Part shown: piece after piece, positions 1-9,049 of the stretch
How positions within the stretch are numbered: the first letter of the stretch is position 1
Layout of the letters: every line of letters starts with the position of its first letter
Origin: Candidatus Uhrbacteria bacterium
Lineage (GTDB): Bacteria > Patescibacteriota > Patescibacteriia > GWA2-47-26
Direction: 5' to 3'
Length of the DNA stretch: 64,000 nt
Assembly (NCBI GenBank): GCA_016187515.1
Contig: JACPJN010000006.1
Span: 192,856-256,855 of the forward strand
Translations under genes and position numbers: made by a program
Notes under the pieces: generated by a model
Database searches by the model: none
The model's input: the letters and a program-made list of their open reading frames with translations, nothing else
What the model was told of the DNA's origin: nothing

Positions 1-1590
1 CGCCATGATCTCATCCCCGTTTACCAGCGCTTTCGGACTGATTTGCTTTTTCTCAATTGCCGCGCGCATCCGTTCAATACGCGCGATCATGCCGCGCAGA
101 TTGGAAAGATCCGGTTGAGCCGTGACCAGGTCACCGGTCGCAGTGGCCTGGTCGTAAGCGCGCGGAATTGCTGCCGACCCGTCGCAAAAAGCCAGCCGGA
201 GCAATTCCGGTCCCGGGTGTTTCGGATTGAAAAAATATTTCTCCACGGTTGACGCCTTGAGATCCTCCGGATCGCTGTGCAAAAGTAAGAGATGCGAATT
301 TATCAGCCAGTGCAGTTTATCATAATCCACGTGGAGCAACCCTTCTTCCATAATGGAAAGGGTGAGCCGCCGCGCGATCTCGCGCGCCAGTCCGGCGCCG
401 ACCTCGGCATGCTCGTCAAATCTAATTCTATCCACCCCATCGTTTTCCGGGGTCTTGAGCATGGGCGGCTTGCCAACATCATGAAAAAGAATGGCCATGA
501 TGAGGAGGGCGTTGTAATGCGGATCGACCCCTCCCCGCGCCCCTCCCACAAGGGGAGGGGAATTTTGCTCAATTCCCTCCCCCTGGATGGGGGAGGTTAG
601 GAGGGGGTGGCCAAACAATCTCACATATTCCTCCGACCCCAATGCTTCAAGCGCGAGGCGCGTATGCGTCCAAACATCTCCTTCGCTATGATATTCCTCG
701 GGCTGGGGGCATCCTTTCATTTTCAAAAGTTCGGGCATCAGCGCCTCAAACGCGCCGGAAACATCATATAAATCAAACGCGCGTACCGGATCGGCGTAAA
801 AAGCGCGGGTCAGTTCGCGGCTAACCACCTCGCGCGGCGCGACAAACTCGGCTAGCGGAGAAAGTATCGGCCGCGGCGCGTCAGCGCGTTTATCGTTTAT
901 CCGCGGCATTACCGCTTTAAGCGCGTCCAGGGTTGCCCCTTCCGCGGAAAACCCCAGCTCGCAGGCAAACCGCAGCGCGCGCAACATTCTAGTATAATCC
1001 TCCTCAAACCGCGCTTTGGCATCGCCAACAGCTCGCACTACACGCGCCTCAATGTCTTTCATACCACCATACGGATCCACGGTTAAACCAATTTCTAATT
1101 TCGAATTCCTGCCCCGCACCGAGCTTTGCTCTGGTGCGTTGGGTCTAATCTCTAATCTCAACGCAACTGCATTTATCGTAAAATCCCTCCGCCCCAAATC
1201 TTCCTCAATCGGCAACCCATGATCCGACTGCACCTCCACATCCCGATACCCGCCGGTTCCCCAAGCATGCTCGGTACGCGGTAGCGCCACATCAAAGGCC
1301 TCCAGCCCGCTGGCTTTAAACTCCTCATACCCTTCGTCCGGAATAAATTTGTACACGCCGAAATTACGGCCTACTAAATTAACAATCCCCACGGTGCCCA
1401 AAAACTCCTGCAAATGCCGCGCCTGCACTCCGCGCACCACAAAATCATAGTCCTTGGTCGGCCGCGAAAGCGCCGCGTCCCGCACCGCTCCGCCAACCAA
1501 AAAAATCTCGGCGCTCGGATGCGCTTCAAGAAGTTTTTTAATCCATGAAAAATATGGATGTTCAAGAGTGGTGTGCAATGTTTCAAACAT
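1..1590 (-). CDS. cca: CCA-adding tRNA nucleotidyltransferase (NTase head plus HD domain). The C-terminal end runs off the window start.
   Basis: Minus-strand translation from the ATG at 1588-1590 reads MFETLHTTLEHPYFSWIKKLLEAHPSAEIFLVGGAVRDAALSRPTKDYDFVV (the GG..RD nucleotidyltransferase motif). An HD motif (LLIMAILFHDVGKP) follows. The frame stays open to position 1. It carries two in-frame repeat insertions (near 1090-1130 and 526-610). Confidence 0.7.
   Translation of the reverse strand, partial: MFETLHTTLEHPYFSWIKKLLEAHPSAEIFLVGGAVRDAALSRPTKDYDFVVRGVQARHLQEFLGTVGIVNLVGRNFGVYKFIPDEGYEEFKASGLEAFDVALPRTEHAWGTGGYRDVEVQSDHGLPIEEDLGRRDFTINAVALRLEIRPNAPEQSSVRGRNSKLEIGLTVDPYGGMKDIEARVVRAVGDAKARFEEDYTRMLRALRFACELGFSAEGATLDALKAVMPRINDKRADAPRPILSPLAEFVAPREVVSRELTRAFYADPVRAFDLYDVSGAFEALMPELLKMKGCPQPEEYHSEGDVWTHTRLALEALGSEEYVRLFGHPLLTSPIQGEGIEQNSPPLVGGARGGVDPHYNALLIMAILFHDVGKPPMLKTPENDGVDRIRFDEHAEVGAGLAREIARRLTLSIMEEGLLHVDYDKLHWLINSHLLLLHSDPEDLKASTVEKYFFNPKHPGPELLRLAFCDGSAAIPRAYDQATATGDLVTAQPDLSNLRGMIARIERMRAAIEKKQISPKALVNGDEIMA
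526..610. repeat. GC-rich palindromic element inserted in-frame in cca
   Basis: It contains ccctccccgcgcccctcccacaaggggaggggaa ... ccctccccctggatgggggagg. On the coding strand it translates to ...SPIQGEGIEQNSPPLVGGARGG.... Confidence 0.6.
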
Positions 1591-1600
1591 GGGATCAAAA

Positions 1601-1674
1601 TGCGAGCGCCTGGACTCGAACCAGGAACCGCCAAGGTATAAGCTTGGAGCTCTAACCAATTGAGCTACGCTCGC
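1601..1674 (-). tRNA. tRNA-Ile with anticodon UAU. No CCA is encoded.
   Basis: The reverse complement folds as a cloverleaf: acceptor GCGAGCG, D-arm GCTC/GAGC, anticodon stem CCAAG/CTTGG with loop CTTATAC (anticodon TAT), T-arm CCTGG-TTCGAGT-CCAGG, discriminator A. Confidence 0.7.
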
Positions 1675-1797
1675 ATGTTTCACCATCCTACCGCATGGAT
1701 GGGAAAAATTCAAGTGTAAAAAAGCCAGCGTGTACCGTACCCGCGAGGGGTTGGGTAAAACGCCGGCGGACTTGGCTGAACTTGACTGAAGGAGCGC

Positions 1798-2244
1798 TTA
1801 CTGCGCCGCGGCCACTTGTTCGAAGCGGGGCTTGATCGCCTTCGCGAACCACGGATTCGCTTCGGCGTACTCGTAGATGATCTGGCCACAGCGCGCCTGC
1901 TTGCCCAAGTTGCTCAAGAGCAGCGCGTCGCTGTCGTGGTAGCGGTCGACAATGACGCGCAGAATGACCCAGACCATGAAACTGGCCATGATTCCTCCAG
2001 TCGCGGCAAGCGCCATGGACTTGAGGAAGCCCAGATTCGGGAGGTAGTGCAAGACGATGGGCATCATCCCGACAACACCGCAAGCAACCAAGAACATGAT
2101 GGACATGCCGAGGGTTATCTCCCTGTCGTGCATCGCCTTGATGCACCGCAGGGTCTCGCGCACGAGCGTGCGTTCGGTTTCCGGCAAGTCGTCCACGCGG
2201 ACGGTGATCGTACGTGGACCAGTACTGGTGCCCAAAAACAGCAT
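1798..2244 (-). CDS. hypothetical small membrane protein (two predicted TM helices)
   Basis: A 148-aa ORF with hydrophobic stretches (IMFLVACGVVGMMPIVL, ALAATGGIMASFMVWVIL). The overlapping + strand ORF 1816-2502 looks like a GC-rich antisense artefact. Confidence 0.4.
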   Translation of the reverse strand: MLFLGTSTGPRTITVRVDDLPETERTLVRETLRCIKAMHDREITLGMSIMFLVACGVVGMMPIVLHYLPNLGFLKSMALAATGGIMASFMVWVILRVIVDRYHDSDALLLSNLGKQARCGQIIYEYAEANPWFAKAIKPRFEQVAAAQ

Positions 2245-2342
2245 GGCGTTCTCCTTTGCGGTTTCCCGCGTTTGGTCGTCAAGCTGGCCCTGACGACTGT
2301 CTTCTTTATACAGGATTTGGGTTTTTATGTCAAGCGTTTGAT

Positions 2343-2383
2343 TAAAAACAAAAACACTCCGACCACGGTCGGAGTGTTTTTGG
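2343..2383. terminator. Bidirectional rho-independent terminator hairpin just downstream of tRNA-Val
   Basis: A perfect stem ctccgacc-acg-ggtcggag (2357-2375) is flanked by tgtttttgg on the + strand and by tgtttttgttttt on the minus strand. Confidence 0.5.
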
Positions 2384-2455
2384 TGCGCGATGAAGGGATC
2401 GAACCTTCGGCCTTTCCCATGTCAAGGGAATGCTCTACCACTGAGCTAATCGCGC
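2384..2455 (-). tRNA. tRNA-Val with anticodon GAC
   Basis: The reverse complement reads GCGCGAT-TA-GCTC-AGTGGTA-GAGC-A-TTCCC-TTGACAT-GGGAA-AGGCC-GAAGG-TTCGATC-CCTTC-ATCGCGC-A. The anticodon loop TTGACAT gives GAC. Confidence 0.8.
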
Positions 2456-2600
2456 AAAAATTTCGTCATCCCGAGCGGAGCCGAGCCCGATGTGAGGCAT
2501 AGTCGAGGGATCTCACACCCCGCATACTTGTACCGTGTGAGATTTCTCCACTTCGCCCCGATTGCGATCGGGGCTTCGGTCGAAATGACGAGGTGGAAAG
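2456..2600. repeat. Structured ~145-nt element with terminal inverted repeats (tttcgtcatcc ... gaaatgacgagg) and two internal hairpins
   Basis: The termini tcgtcat/atgacga pair. The internal stems are gtgtgagat/atctcacac and ccccgat-tgc-gatcgggg. It shares the 'gtcatccc' start with the element at 41165-41228. Confidence 0.3.
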
Positions 2601-2629
2601 GATGGCAGAAATAGTATAGTGTATTCTTA

Positions 2630-3793
2630 TCAATGCGGCAAGAGTTTTAGCATGCCGTTGAGTTTGTCGACGACTTCGCGTTCGGCCGAGATGAGTGTGT
2701 GATTCAAAAGGCAGTAGTTGGTCATGGACGGGGAGGTGGAAAGCATTTGCCAGGGAAGCGCATGCACCCCGTCATGGCGGGTGGATTTTTTTGTGGCCAG
2801 CATGACGCAAATTTTGCCCTCGCTCTCTTCGTGGATAAGCGCTACAAGCGACGCCTCGGGCGAAGTAAAAATCAGTTCTTCAATGACGTCCGGCAGTTCA
2901 CGCACATCCCCGCCGCTCTCCAGAATTTCCCGCATGGTTAAGGTTGACCAGGTGAGTTTTGTAAACGGGTCGTGTTTCAGGTGCGCCAGCGCGCGGCCCC
3001 ACAGCCGCAAAGAGGCCAATGAACGCGAGCGGAAAATATTTTTCATAATCTCCTCGCGGCGGGCGCCCAACTGAATAAGCTCCGCGGCCAGCTTCAGCGT
3101 ATTGGGCGTGGTGGCGGGATGTTTAAAGCCGCCGGTTTTCAAAAATATCGCGGCAAAAAGATTAGTGGCGATCTGCTCGTCAAAATGCGGTCCGCCGATT
3201 TTTTTGAACAGCTCGGCCAGAATCTCTCCGGTGGCCGAAGCGTTCATCTCAACCAGATTAATCTGCCCGTACTGCTCATTTTGAGCGTGGTGATCAATGT
3301 TCAAAATGGGGGTCTGGTAAAAAAGATCCGCGTGGTCTTCAAAAAGTTTTCCCAGCGCCGGAAGATCCGGCGTATCCAGGGTAACCACCGTGTCATAAGG
3401 ATACGCTTGCCGGTGAATCGACAGATCTTCCGCGCGAACCGCGCCAGAGGCGGGGGTCAGATAAATTTCCAGCGCCCCCTTTTTCAATCCGTAACTCCAC
3501 TCCTTGATGGGGGCGCTTTCCGTATTGATGCGGACCGTATACCGGCTGTCGCGCGAAATTTCCGGACGAACCATTTGAATGTGCGGAAGAAACGCAAAAC
3601 GCGCGGACGGACTAAACCCGTCCGAGACCACTTCCACTTTCTTGCCCAGTTTATCCAAATACCGATACAAGGCCAGCGCGCTTCCCAGCGCGTCGCCGGA
3701 TTCTTTGCTTTGCGCGTTAAACGGAAACGCAATCAGCGTCCGGTCTGATTCGGAAAGCCGCTGGGAGATTTGTTGCAGTATTTCTTGAGCCAT
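2630..3793 (-). CDS. DHH-family phosphoesterase (NrnA-like oligoribonuclease/pAp phosphatase)
   Basis: It has the DHH motif NIDHHAQN and a GGxxH-like region. I place the start at MAQEILQQ (3793) rather than the ORF-track start, because the latter lies inside the upstream repeat array. Confidence 0.65.
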   Translation of the reverse strand: MAQEILQQISQRLSESDRTLIAFPFNAQSKESGDALGSALALYRYLDKLGKKVEVVSDGFSPSARFAFLPHIQMVRPEISRDSRYTVRINTESAPIKEWSYGLKKGALEIYLTPASGAVRAEDLSIHRQAYPYDTVVTLDTPDLPALGKLFEDHADLFYQTPILNIDHHAQNEQYGQINLVEMNASATGEILAELFKKIGGPHFDEQIATNLFAAIFLKTGGFKHPATTPNTLKLAAELIQLGARREEIMKNIFRSRSLASLRLWGRALAHLKHDPFTKLTWSTLTMREILESGGDVRELPDVIEELIFTSPEASLVALIHEESEGKICVMLATKKSTRHDGVHALPWQMLSTSPSMTNYCLLNHTLISAEREVVDKLNGMLKLLPH

Positions 3794-3799
3794 AGGATT

Positions 3800-3885
3800 G
3801 TTGATTGAGTAAATCAAGTAAATCAAGCGAGACAAGTAAATCAAGGGCATGATTTACACTTGATTTACCTGCTTTACTTCAATAC
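3800..3885. repeat. Array of direct and inverted 10-nt repeats (gtaaatcaag / cttgatttac) immediately upstream of the DHH gene start
   Basis: It reads gtaaatcaag gtaaatcaag cgagacaa gtaaatcaag ggcatga tttacacttgatttac. That is four direct copies plus inverted copies. Confidence 0.5.
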
Positions 3886-4043
3886 TTCAAAATCAAAGTA
3901 CTATACTCGCCTACCGTTTTTCCGTCAAGGGTGCGCCTGTTGACAATATAATGACCGTCTTCTTTTTTTGACATTAAAAAACCGGCCCAGTCGCGTGCGA
4001 CTGCGCCGGGTAGAACGGAAGATGCGCCGGATTGCCGTCAGTC

Positions 4044-4418
4044 CTAGCCGTCCTCAATCGCCTGCGCAAAAGCGGTACCCACCCCGGACGGAACAGCCAG
4101 CACCCCAAACCGCATGATTCTGAATATGGCCGGCGAAGGACGGTTGGGCAGGGTCACCTGAAAACAGTGGCCTTCCTGCACCCGCAAGAGTTCCCAAAGC
4201 CGGTAAGCCGCGGCGTACGGACTCACGGTATTGCCCAGCACGCCGGCGCGCAGGCGAAACGGGTCGGTCTCGCTCCCCGTGCCTTCCACCATCCCCAGAT
4301 TCGGACAATACTGCCGCGCTTGTTCAATTTCTTGATACGGATTAAAGATGGGCCTGATCTGTCCGCTGTCGTCGTTGGAGATCGCGATTGCCGGCGGAAT
4401 GATTCCTTGGATCCTCAT
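4044..4418 (-). CDS. hypothetical protein
   Basis: A 124-aa ORF of mixed composition. The overlapping + ORF 4032-4445 is Arg/Pro-rich and looks like an artefact. Confidence 0.3.
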   Translation of the reverse strand: MRIQGIIPPAIAISNDDSGQIRPIFNPYQEIEQARQYCPNLGMVEGTGSETDPFRLRAGVLGNTVSPYAAAYRLWELLRVQEGHCFQVTLPNRPSPAIFRIMRFGVLAVPSGVGTAFAQAIEDG

Positions 4419-4460
4419 GGGTTATCCTCCTTACTGCCACCATAGCACCAGCCGCTCCGC

Positions 4461-4489
4461 TTGTCAAGGCCAAAAAAACCGGATATTAT
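4461..4489 (+). promoter_or_regulatory. sigma70-like promoter for valS: TTGTCA, 17 nt, TATTAT
   Basis: ttgtca sits at 4461-4466, then a 17-nt spacer, then tattat at 4484-4489. That is about 12 nt upstream of the valS ATG at 4502. Confidence 0.4.
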
Positions 4490-4501
4490 AGATGAATCAT
4501 T

Positions 4502-6982
4502 ATGTCCAAAGAAATTCCAAAGCAATACAACGCCTCCGAGCATGAGGATTCCATATATAAAATGTGGGAGGCCTCCGGCGCGTTTACGCCAGAGGCGGCA
4601 AAGAGCATAGGGCGTATAGCAAAGAGTAGGAACCCTAAGCCCTCAGCTCTAAGCTCTAAGCCATTTTGTATCATCATGCCTCCGCCCAATGCCAACGGCG
4701 CTTTGCATATTGGCCATGCCTTTGAAGTCGCCTTGCACGATCTTTTGGTGCGCTACCACCGCATGCGTGGCGATAAAACTCTTTGGCTTCCCGGCGCGGA
4801 TCATGCCGGCTTTGAGACCCAAGTGGTGTATGATAAAAAACTGGAAAAGGAGGGCCGTAATCGCTTCAAAATACCGCGAGAAGAATTGTGGCAAGAAATC
4901 TGGAACTTTACGCAAGAAAATAAAAAAACCATGGAGGGACAGCTGCGCAAACTCGGCGCCTCTTGTGATTGGTCGCGCGAAAAATTTACCCTTGATCCTG
5001 ATATAATTAAAACTGTTTATGCGACGTTCAACCAGCTCTATGTCGATGGGCTTGTCTATCGCGATAACCGCATTGTGAATTGGTGCACAAAGCATCAAAC
5101 CACTCTTTCAGATCTTGAAATAAAGCACGTTGAGCGCAAAGACCCGCTTTATTACATCAAATACGGTCCAGTAACTTTGGCCACAGTGCGTCTGGAAACA
5201 AAATTTGGCGATACCGCAGTGGCGGTACACCCGAAAGATAAGCGATATAAAAATTTAATCGGCAAGGAGATCGAGATCAAAACGTTACTTGGCCTGACAA
5301 AAATCAAAGTCATTGGCGATAAGGCGGTTGATCCGGAATTTGGAACCGGTGCGGTAAAAGTAACGCCGGCGCATGATCCGAATGATTTTGAAATGTGGAA
5401 AAGGCATGAACAAGAAATTCCAGGACCAAAATCGGTTATTGATCAATATGGTCGCATGGAACTTGTAAGCCGCTGGCCGGACAATCCGGCTGCGAAAAAA
5501 TACCATGGCATGAAGGTGCTGGAGGCACGTAACGCTATGGAGAAAGACATGCAGGAGCAAGGATTGATGAACAAAATTGATTCGGAGTATGTACATAGCG
5601 TTGCGACCTGCTATAAATGCGGCAACATTGTGGAGCCAAGAATTTTACCACAATGGTATGTCCGCATGACGGCTCCGCCGTCAGCGGGAAATCACAAATC
5701 ACAAATCACAAATCACAAATCTCTGCGCGATATTGCAGTTGAGGCGGTAAGGAAAGGCGAAATTAAAATTATTCCGAAACGATTTGAAAAAATCTTCATG
5801 CATTGGATGAAAAACTTGCGCGACTGGAATATCAGCCGTCAAATCGTGTGGGGCATTCGGATTCCGGCGTGGTATCGGTCTACGGTTCCTCCCCTTAGGG
5901 TAAGGGGAAGCGAGGAGGGGTTACGAGACGTTCATAACCCACCCCAATCCTCCCACGCCTTTTGGGAGGGAGAAACGGAAATTTATGTAGGCGCCAAACC
6001 ACCAAAAGGCGAGGGTTGGATCCAAGATCCGGATGTCTTTGATACTTGGTTTTCCTCCGGCCAGTGGCCATTTGCTACTCTTGGCTATCCGCATGGCAAA
6101 GATTTCAAAGAATTTTACCCGACCGATGTCATGGGGCCGGCGTACGAAATTCTTTTCTTCTGGGTGGCGCGGATGATTATGCTTGGTCTTTATCGCACCG
6201 GAAAAATTCCTTTCAAAACCGTGTTTCTCCACGGTTTAGTACGCGATAAGGACCGACAAAAAATGTCCAAATCTAAAGGAAACGTGATTGACCCTTTGGG
6301 AGTTGCGGATTTATATGGCACGGATGCCGTGCGTATGGCGCTCGTTTCTGGAACGGCTCCGGGTAATGATCCGACCATTTCCGAGGAAAAAATAAAAGGC
6401 TACCGTAATTTCGCAAACAAAATCTGGAACGCGAGTCGGTTTGTGCTGATGAATCTCGACCCGCTTTTTGTCATTCCGAGCGAAGTCGAGGAATCTCACA
6501 TGATGAAACACGGCAAGCGCATGGCAGGGCAAGGTGTGAGATCTCTCACTGGCGTTCGAGATGACATTGTGTTGAGCGCAGCCGACAAAAAAATCCTCAA
6601 AGAACTAGAGGCCATGGCCAAAAAAGTAACCCGCCATTTGGATAAATTTGAATTTCATCTTGCGGGAGAAACTCTCTACCACTATTTCTGGCATACCTTT
6701 GCGGATAAGATTATTGAGCAAATGAAACCGCGGCTACAGGGAGAGACCCCTCCTAACCTCCCCTCCGAGAGGGGAGGAAACGAATCACTTTCTCCCCCTG
6801 CCCGAGGGGGAGTTAGAGGGGGTGGGAGCGATCGTCTCACCGCCCAATATATCCTCTACACCTGTCTGACCACCTCCCTCAAGCTCCTCCACCCCTTCAT
6901 GCCGTTTGTTACGGAGGCGGTGTGGCAACAATTACAGCACAAAAAGAAAACCATGCTTATTACCGAATCTTGGCCGGTATGA
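4502..6982 (+). CDS. valS: valyl-tRNA synthetase
   Basis: The class I HIGH motif reads PPPNANGALHIGHAF, and KMSKSKGN is present. The gene carries one heptamer repeat insertion at 5688-5722 and two palindromic insertions at 5888-5975 and 6746-6827. Confidence 0.85.
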   Translation: MSKEIPKQYNASEHEDSIYKMWEASGAFTPEAAKSIGRIAKSRNPKPSALSSKPFCIIMPPPNANGALHIGHAFEVALHDLLVRYHRMRGDKTLWLPGADHAGFETQVVYDKKLEKEGRNRFKIPREELWQEIWNFTQENKKTMEGQLRKLGASCDWSREKFTLDPDIIKTVYATFNQLYVDGLVYRDNRIVNWCTKHQTTLSDLEIKHVERKDPLYYIKYGPVTLATVRLETKFGDTAVAVHPKDKRYKNLIGKEIEIKTLLGLTKIKVIGDKAVDPEFGTGAVKVTPAHDPNDFEMWKRHEQEIPGPKSVIDQYGRMELVSRWPDNPAAKKYHGMKVLEARNAMEKDMQEQGLMNKIDSEYVHSVATCYKCGNIVEPRILPQWYVRMTAPPSAGNHKSQITNHKSLRDIAVEAVRKGEIKIIPKRFEKIFMHWMKNLRDWNISRQIVWGIRIPAWYRSTVPPLRVRGSEEGLRDVHNPPQSSHAFWEGETEIYVGAKPPKGEGWIQDPDVFDTWFSSGQWPFATLGYPHGKDFKEFYPTDVMGPAYEILFFWVARMIMLGLYRTGKIPFKTVFLHGLVRDKDRQKMSKSKGNVIDPLGVADLYGTDAVRMALVSGTAPGNDPTISEEKIKGYRNFANKIWNASRFVLMNLDPLFVIPSEVEESHMMKHGKRMAGQGVRSLTGVRDDIVLSAADKKILKELEAMAKKVTRHLDKFEFHLAGETLYHYFWHTFADKIIEQMKPRLQGETPPNLPSERGGNESLSPPARGGVRGGGSDRLTAQYILYTCLTTSLKLLHPFMPFVTEAVWQQLQHKKKTMLITESWPV
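5888..5975. repeat. Palindromic element (ccccttagggtaagggg / ggggttacg type) in-frame in valS
   Basis: It translates to PPLRVRGSEEGLRDVHNPPQSSHAFWEGE. Confidence 0.6.
6746..6827. repeat. Palindromic element (cccctcc..ggagggg type) in-frame in valS
   Basis: It translates to ETPPNLPSERGGNESLSPPARGGVRGGGSD. Confidence 0.6.
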
Positions 6983-7824
6983 CCCCGCTTCGCACGTTTC
7001 TCACAATCGCTAGAGCATTGGCCAAAAGCCCCATGCATTTTTGGGATGAACAGGACCAAAAGACGTTACTCAAAGAAACCGATGACGCGGCCAAGCGACT
7101 GCTCAAAACATTGGAACAAAAAGACCTTAAAGATACACAGGCGTATAAGCATTTAGACGTGCTTGAAAAATCAGTTACGGAAAAAGAAATTGATGAGCTT
7201 GCTTTTTCGCAAGCCCTGGCGAATTTAGTGGAAGTATACCGCCAATCCCCGCCCACTGAAAATTTGCAAGAATTGCTGGAAGAAATCAACCCGTATGTCA
7301 TCAAGGCCAAACAGCGCGTGCTGGAATATCACATTGCGCTGGAGCAGCTTAGGAAAAAAAGCAAAAAAATGAGCGAGGAGGAAAAGCTCAAAAGCGATCG
7401 GGAAACCATTAAAAATGTGGGGGTATTCTATGTGCTGGAATACACCTTACAGGTACTTTGGGAATTTGCACACATTCCAGATGAAGATAAGAAAAAACTC
7501 CTGACTGAAGGGCTCAAAACCAAAGCGGGGAATTTGCCGGCCTACTTGCCGCTGGAAGACACCTTTCGCAAAGAGCTCTGCTACAAAATGTTTGATGAGG
7601 ATTTACGGGATAAATTACTCCACGCATTTTACGAATTGGAAGAAGTGTTATATAGTGAGGATCTGAAGGCAATCGGAGGCGCGCTCAAAGCATTCCATCT
7701 TGAATTACTCAAGGCCTTTCAATCCAAAGGCATGCAAACCTACAAAGCCGTGGCCTACGCGCCGTTTGGGAATGATGTGAGTGTGGAGGAATTGGTTAAG
7801 AAAATTGAGACGGTCAAGGTCTAA
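6979..7824 (+). CDS. hypothetical helical protein
   Basis: Its ATG at 6979 overlaps the valS TGA at 6980-6982 (an ATGA overlap). The protein is Lys/Glu-rich with predicted coiled coil. Confidence 0.5.
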   Translation: MTPLRTFLTIARALAKSPMHFWDEQDQKTLLKETDDAAKRLLKTLEQKDLKDTQAYKHLDVLEKSVTEKEIDELAFSQALANLVEVYRQSPPTENLQELLEEINPYVIKAKQRVLEYHIALEQLRKKSKKMSEEEKLKSDRETIKNVGVFYVLEYTLQVLWEFAHIPDEDKKKLLTEGLKTKAGNLPAYLPLEDTFRKELCYKMFDEDLRDKLLHAFYELEEVLYSEDLKAIGGALKAFHLELLKAFQSKGMQTYKAVAYAPFGNDVSVEELVKKIETVKV

Positions 7825-8070
7825 AAGGAACGGAAAAATACTATCCCTATATTGCATCCAAAGAGCTTAATCTGCAGATTTTGCCAAAATAAAATACAGC
7901 CCCTACTCCCTTGCGGGAGACGCCACCATGAAGGCGACTAGTCAGGGCTGTATCAATTCCACTATCACCATACCATAAGATACAATATCTGTCAAGACAA
8001 CGGTGGGGATAAGTCATGCATAGCAACAATATGATAACGCAATAACTTAATAACCAAATAACTCATCAAT

Positions 8071-8946
8071 ATGCCAACCCCGGGAGACGAGAAAAAACCA
8101 AAGCAAGAAAGACCTCAAGGACCAGAGACGCTGGAGGAGGCCGCGGCGCGCGCGGCCGGAGTAGCGCGGGCGGGAAGGGAAAAAGCGGCTGGAGCGGCGC
8201 TGGCGGAGGCGGAAAAAGCATGGGATCCAGACAAATTTCTCGCACAATTGACGAGTTATCAAGACAACCCTCAATTACCAGATTACGAAGAGAAGATGGA
8301 CGCGCTTGGAGATCAATTTCAGGAATTTGGGGAGCAGTACGCAGATCGTTGGCAGGAAATGATAGAGCAGGGATTGGGCGGAACGCCGGAAATGGTTGCT
8401 GTACTTCGAGAAAAACTTCGAGGAAAGTTGCTGGTAGATCTTGGAGGCGGATACACGCTTGGAGATGGCCCAAGAGGTATTATGCAGTCAATCATGCAAG
8501 ATGTGGCGCTGGAGCTTGGAGTTAAGGATTATGTGAATGTTGATCGCCATTTTACCAAACGAAGGGTATCCGCATTTTTTAATCCTACAGATGTGACGAG
8601 GAGACTTGGCATTGAACAGCCAAGAGGGATGCATGCGCTTTATGTGCAAGCAGATATGCTCGCTTTCCTTGCGCATATGCAGAGCGAGACTCCAAATTTA
8701 ACAATCGCGCTAAATGGTATTGATTCATTTGTGATTCCTGATCGGGCGCGCTTTGGCCGCGGTGATTCATATTTTCAAATGCTTGTGAAGGAGATCGCTC
8801 GTGTACTACCCAAAGGTGGAGTAGTGCTGACCCAAGGATCTGAAGACGCAACAAAGTATTTTGATGATGCTGTATTTGAAGCAGCGCCAGGATACTCAAA
8901 AGAAAAAGGTGCGATGTTTGAAGGGCAGGTGTGGGTAAAAAAATAA
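8071..8946 (+). CDS. hypothetical protein, paralog A. It has a shared N-terminal module and a possible Rossmann-like GGG motif (LLVDLGGGYTLGDG).
   Basis: The N-terminal ~45 aa (MPTPGDEKKPKQERPQGPETLEEAAARAAG...AALAEAEKA) and about 30 nt of upstream sequence are shared with the 9050 gene. Confidence 0.5.
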   Translation: MPTPGDEKKPKQERPQGPETLEEAAARAAGVARAGREKAAGAALAEAEKAWDPDKFLAQLTSYQDNPQLPDYEEKMDALGDQFQEFGEQYADRWQEMIEQGLGGTPEMVAVLREKLRGKLLVDLGGGYTLGDGPRGIMQSIMQDVALELGVKDYVNVDRHFTKRRVSAFFNPTDVTRRLGIEQPRGMHALYVQADMLAFLAHMQSETPNLTIALNGIDSFVIPDRARFGRGDSYFQMLVKEIARVLPKGGVVLTQGSEDATKYFDDAVFEAAPGYSKEKGAMFEGQVWVKK

Positions 8947-9049
8947 ATCATCTATGATATAGCGGTGTCGTGATATGCAATTTAAGAGGATGTATTTGAT
9001 TACCTGGATCCAGCGGGCTGCGATCCATAACTAATAATAACTCACCAAT

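Noticed and set aside
1816-2502. 228-aa + strand ORF
   Set aside because: It is antisense to the membrane-protein ORF and runs across tRNA-Val. Its composition is Arg/Ala/Val-rich, typical of a GC-rich antisense frame.
3119-3748. 209-aa + ORF
   Set aside because: It is antisense to the well-supported DHH phosphoesterase gene and its composition is Arg/Lys-biased.
8066-8473. Minus-strand ORFs (135 aa and 75 aa) rich in Pro/Arg/Leu
   Set aside because: They are antisense to the Ala/Glu/Lys-rich N-terminus of paralog A. The low-complexity mirror frame is not credible.
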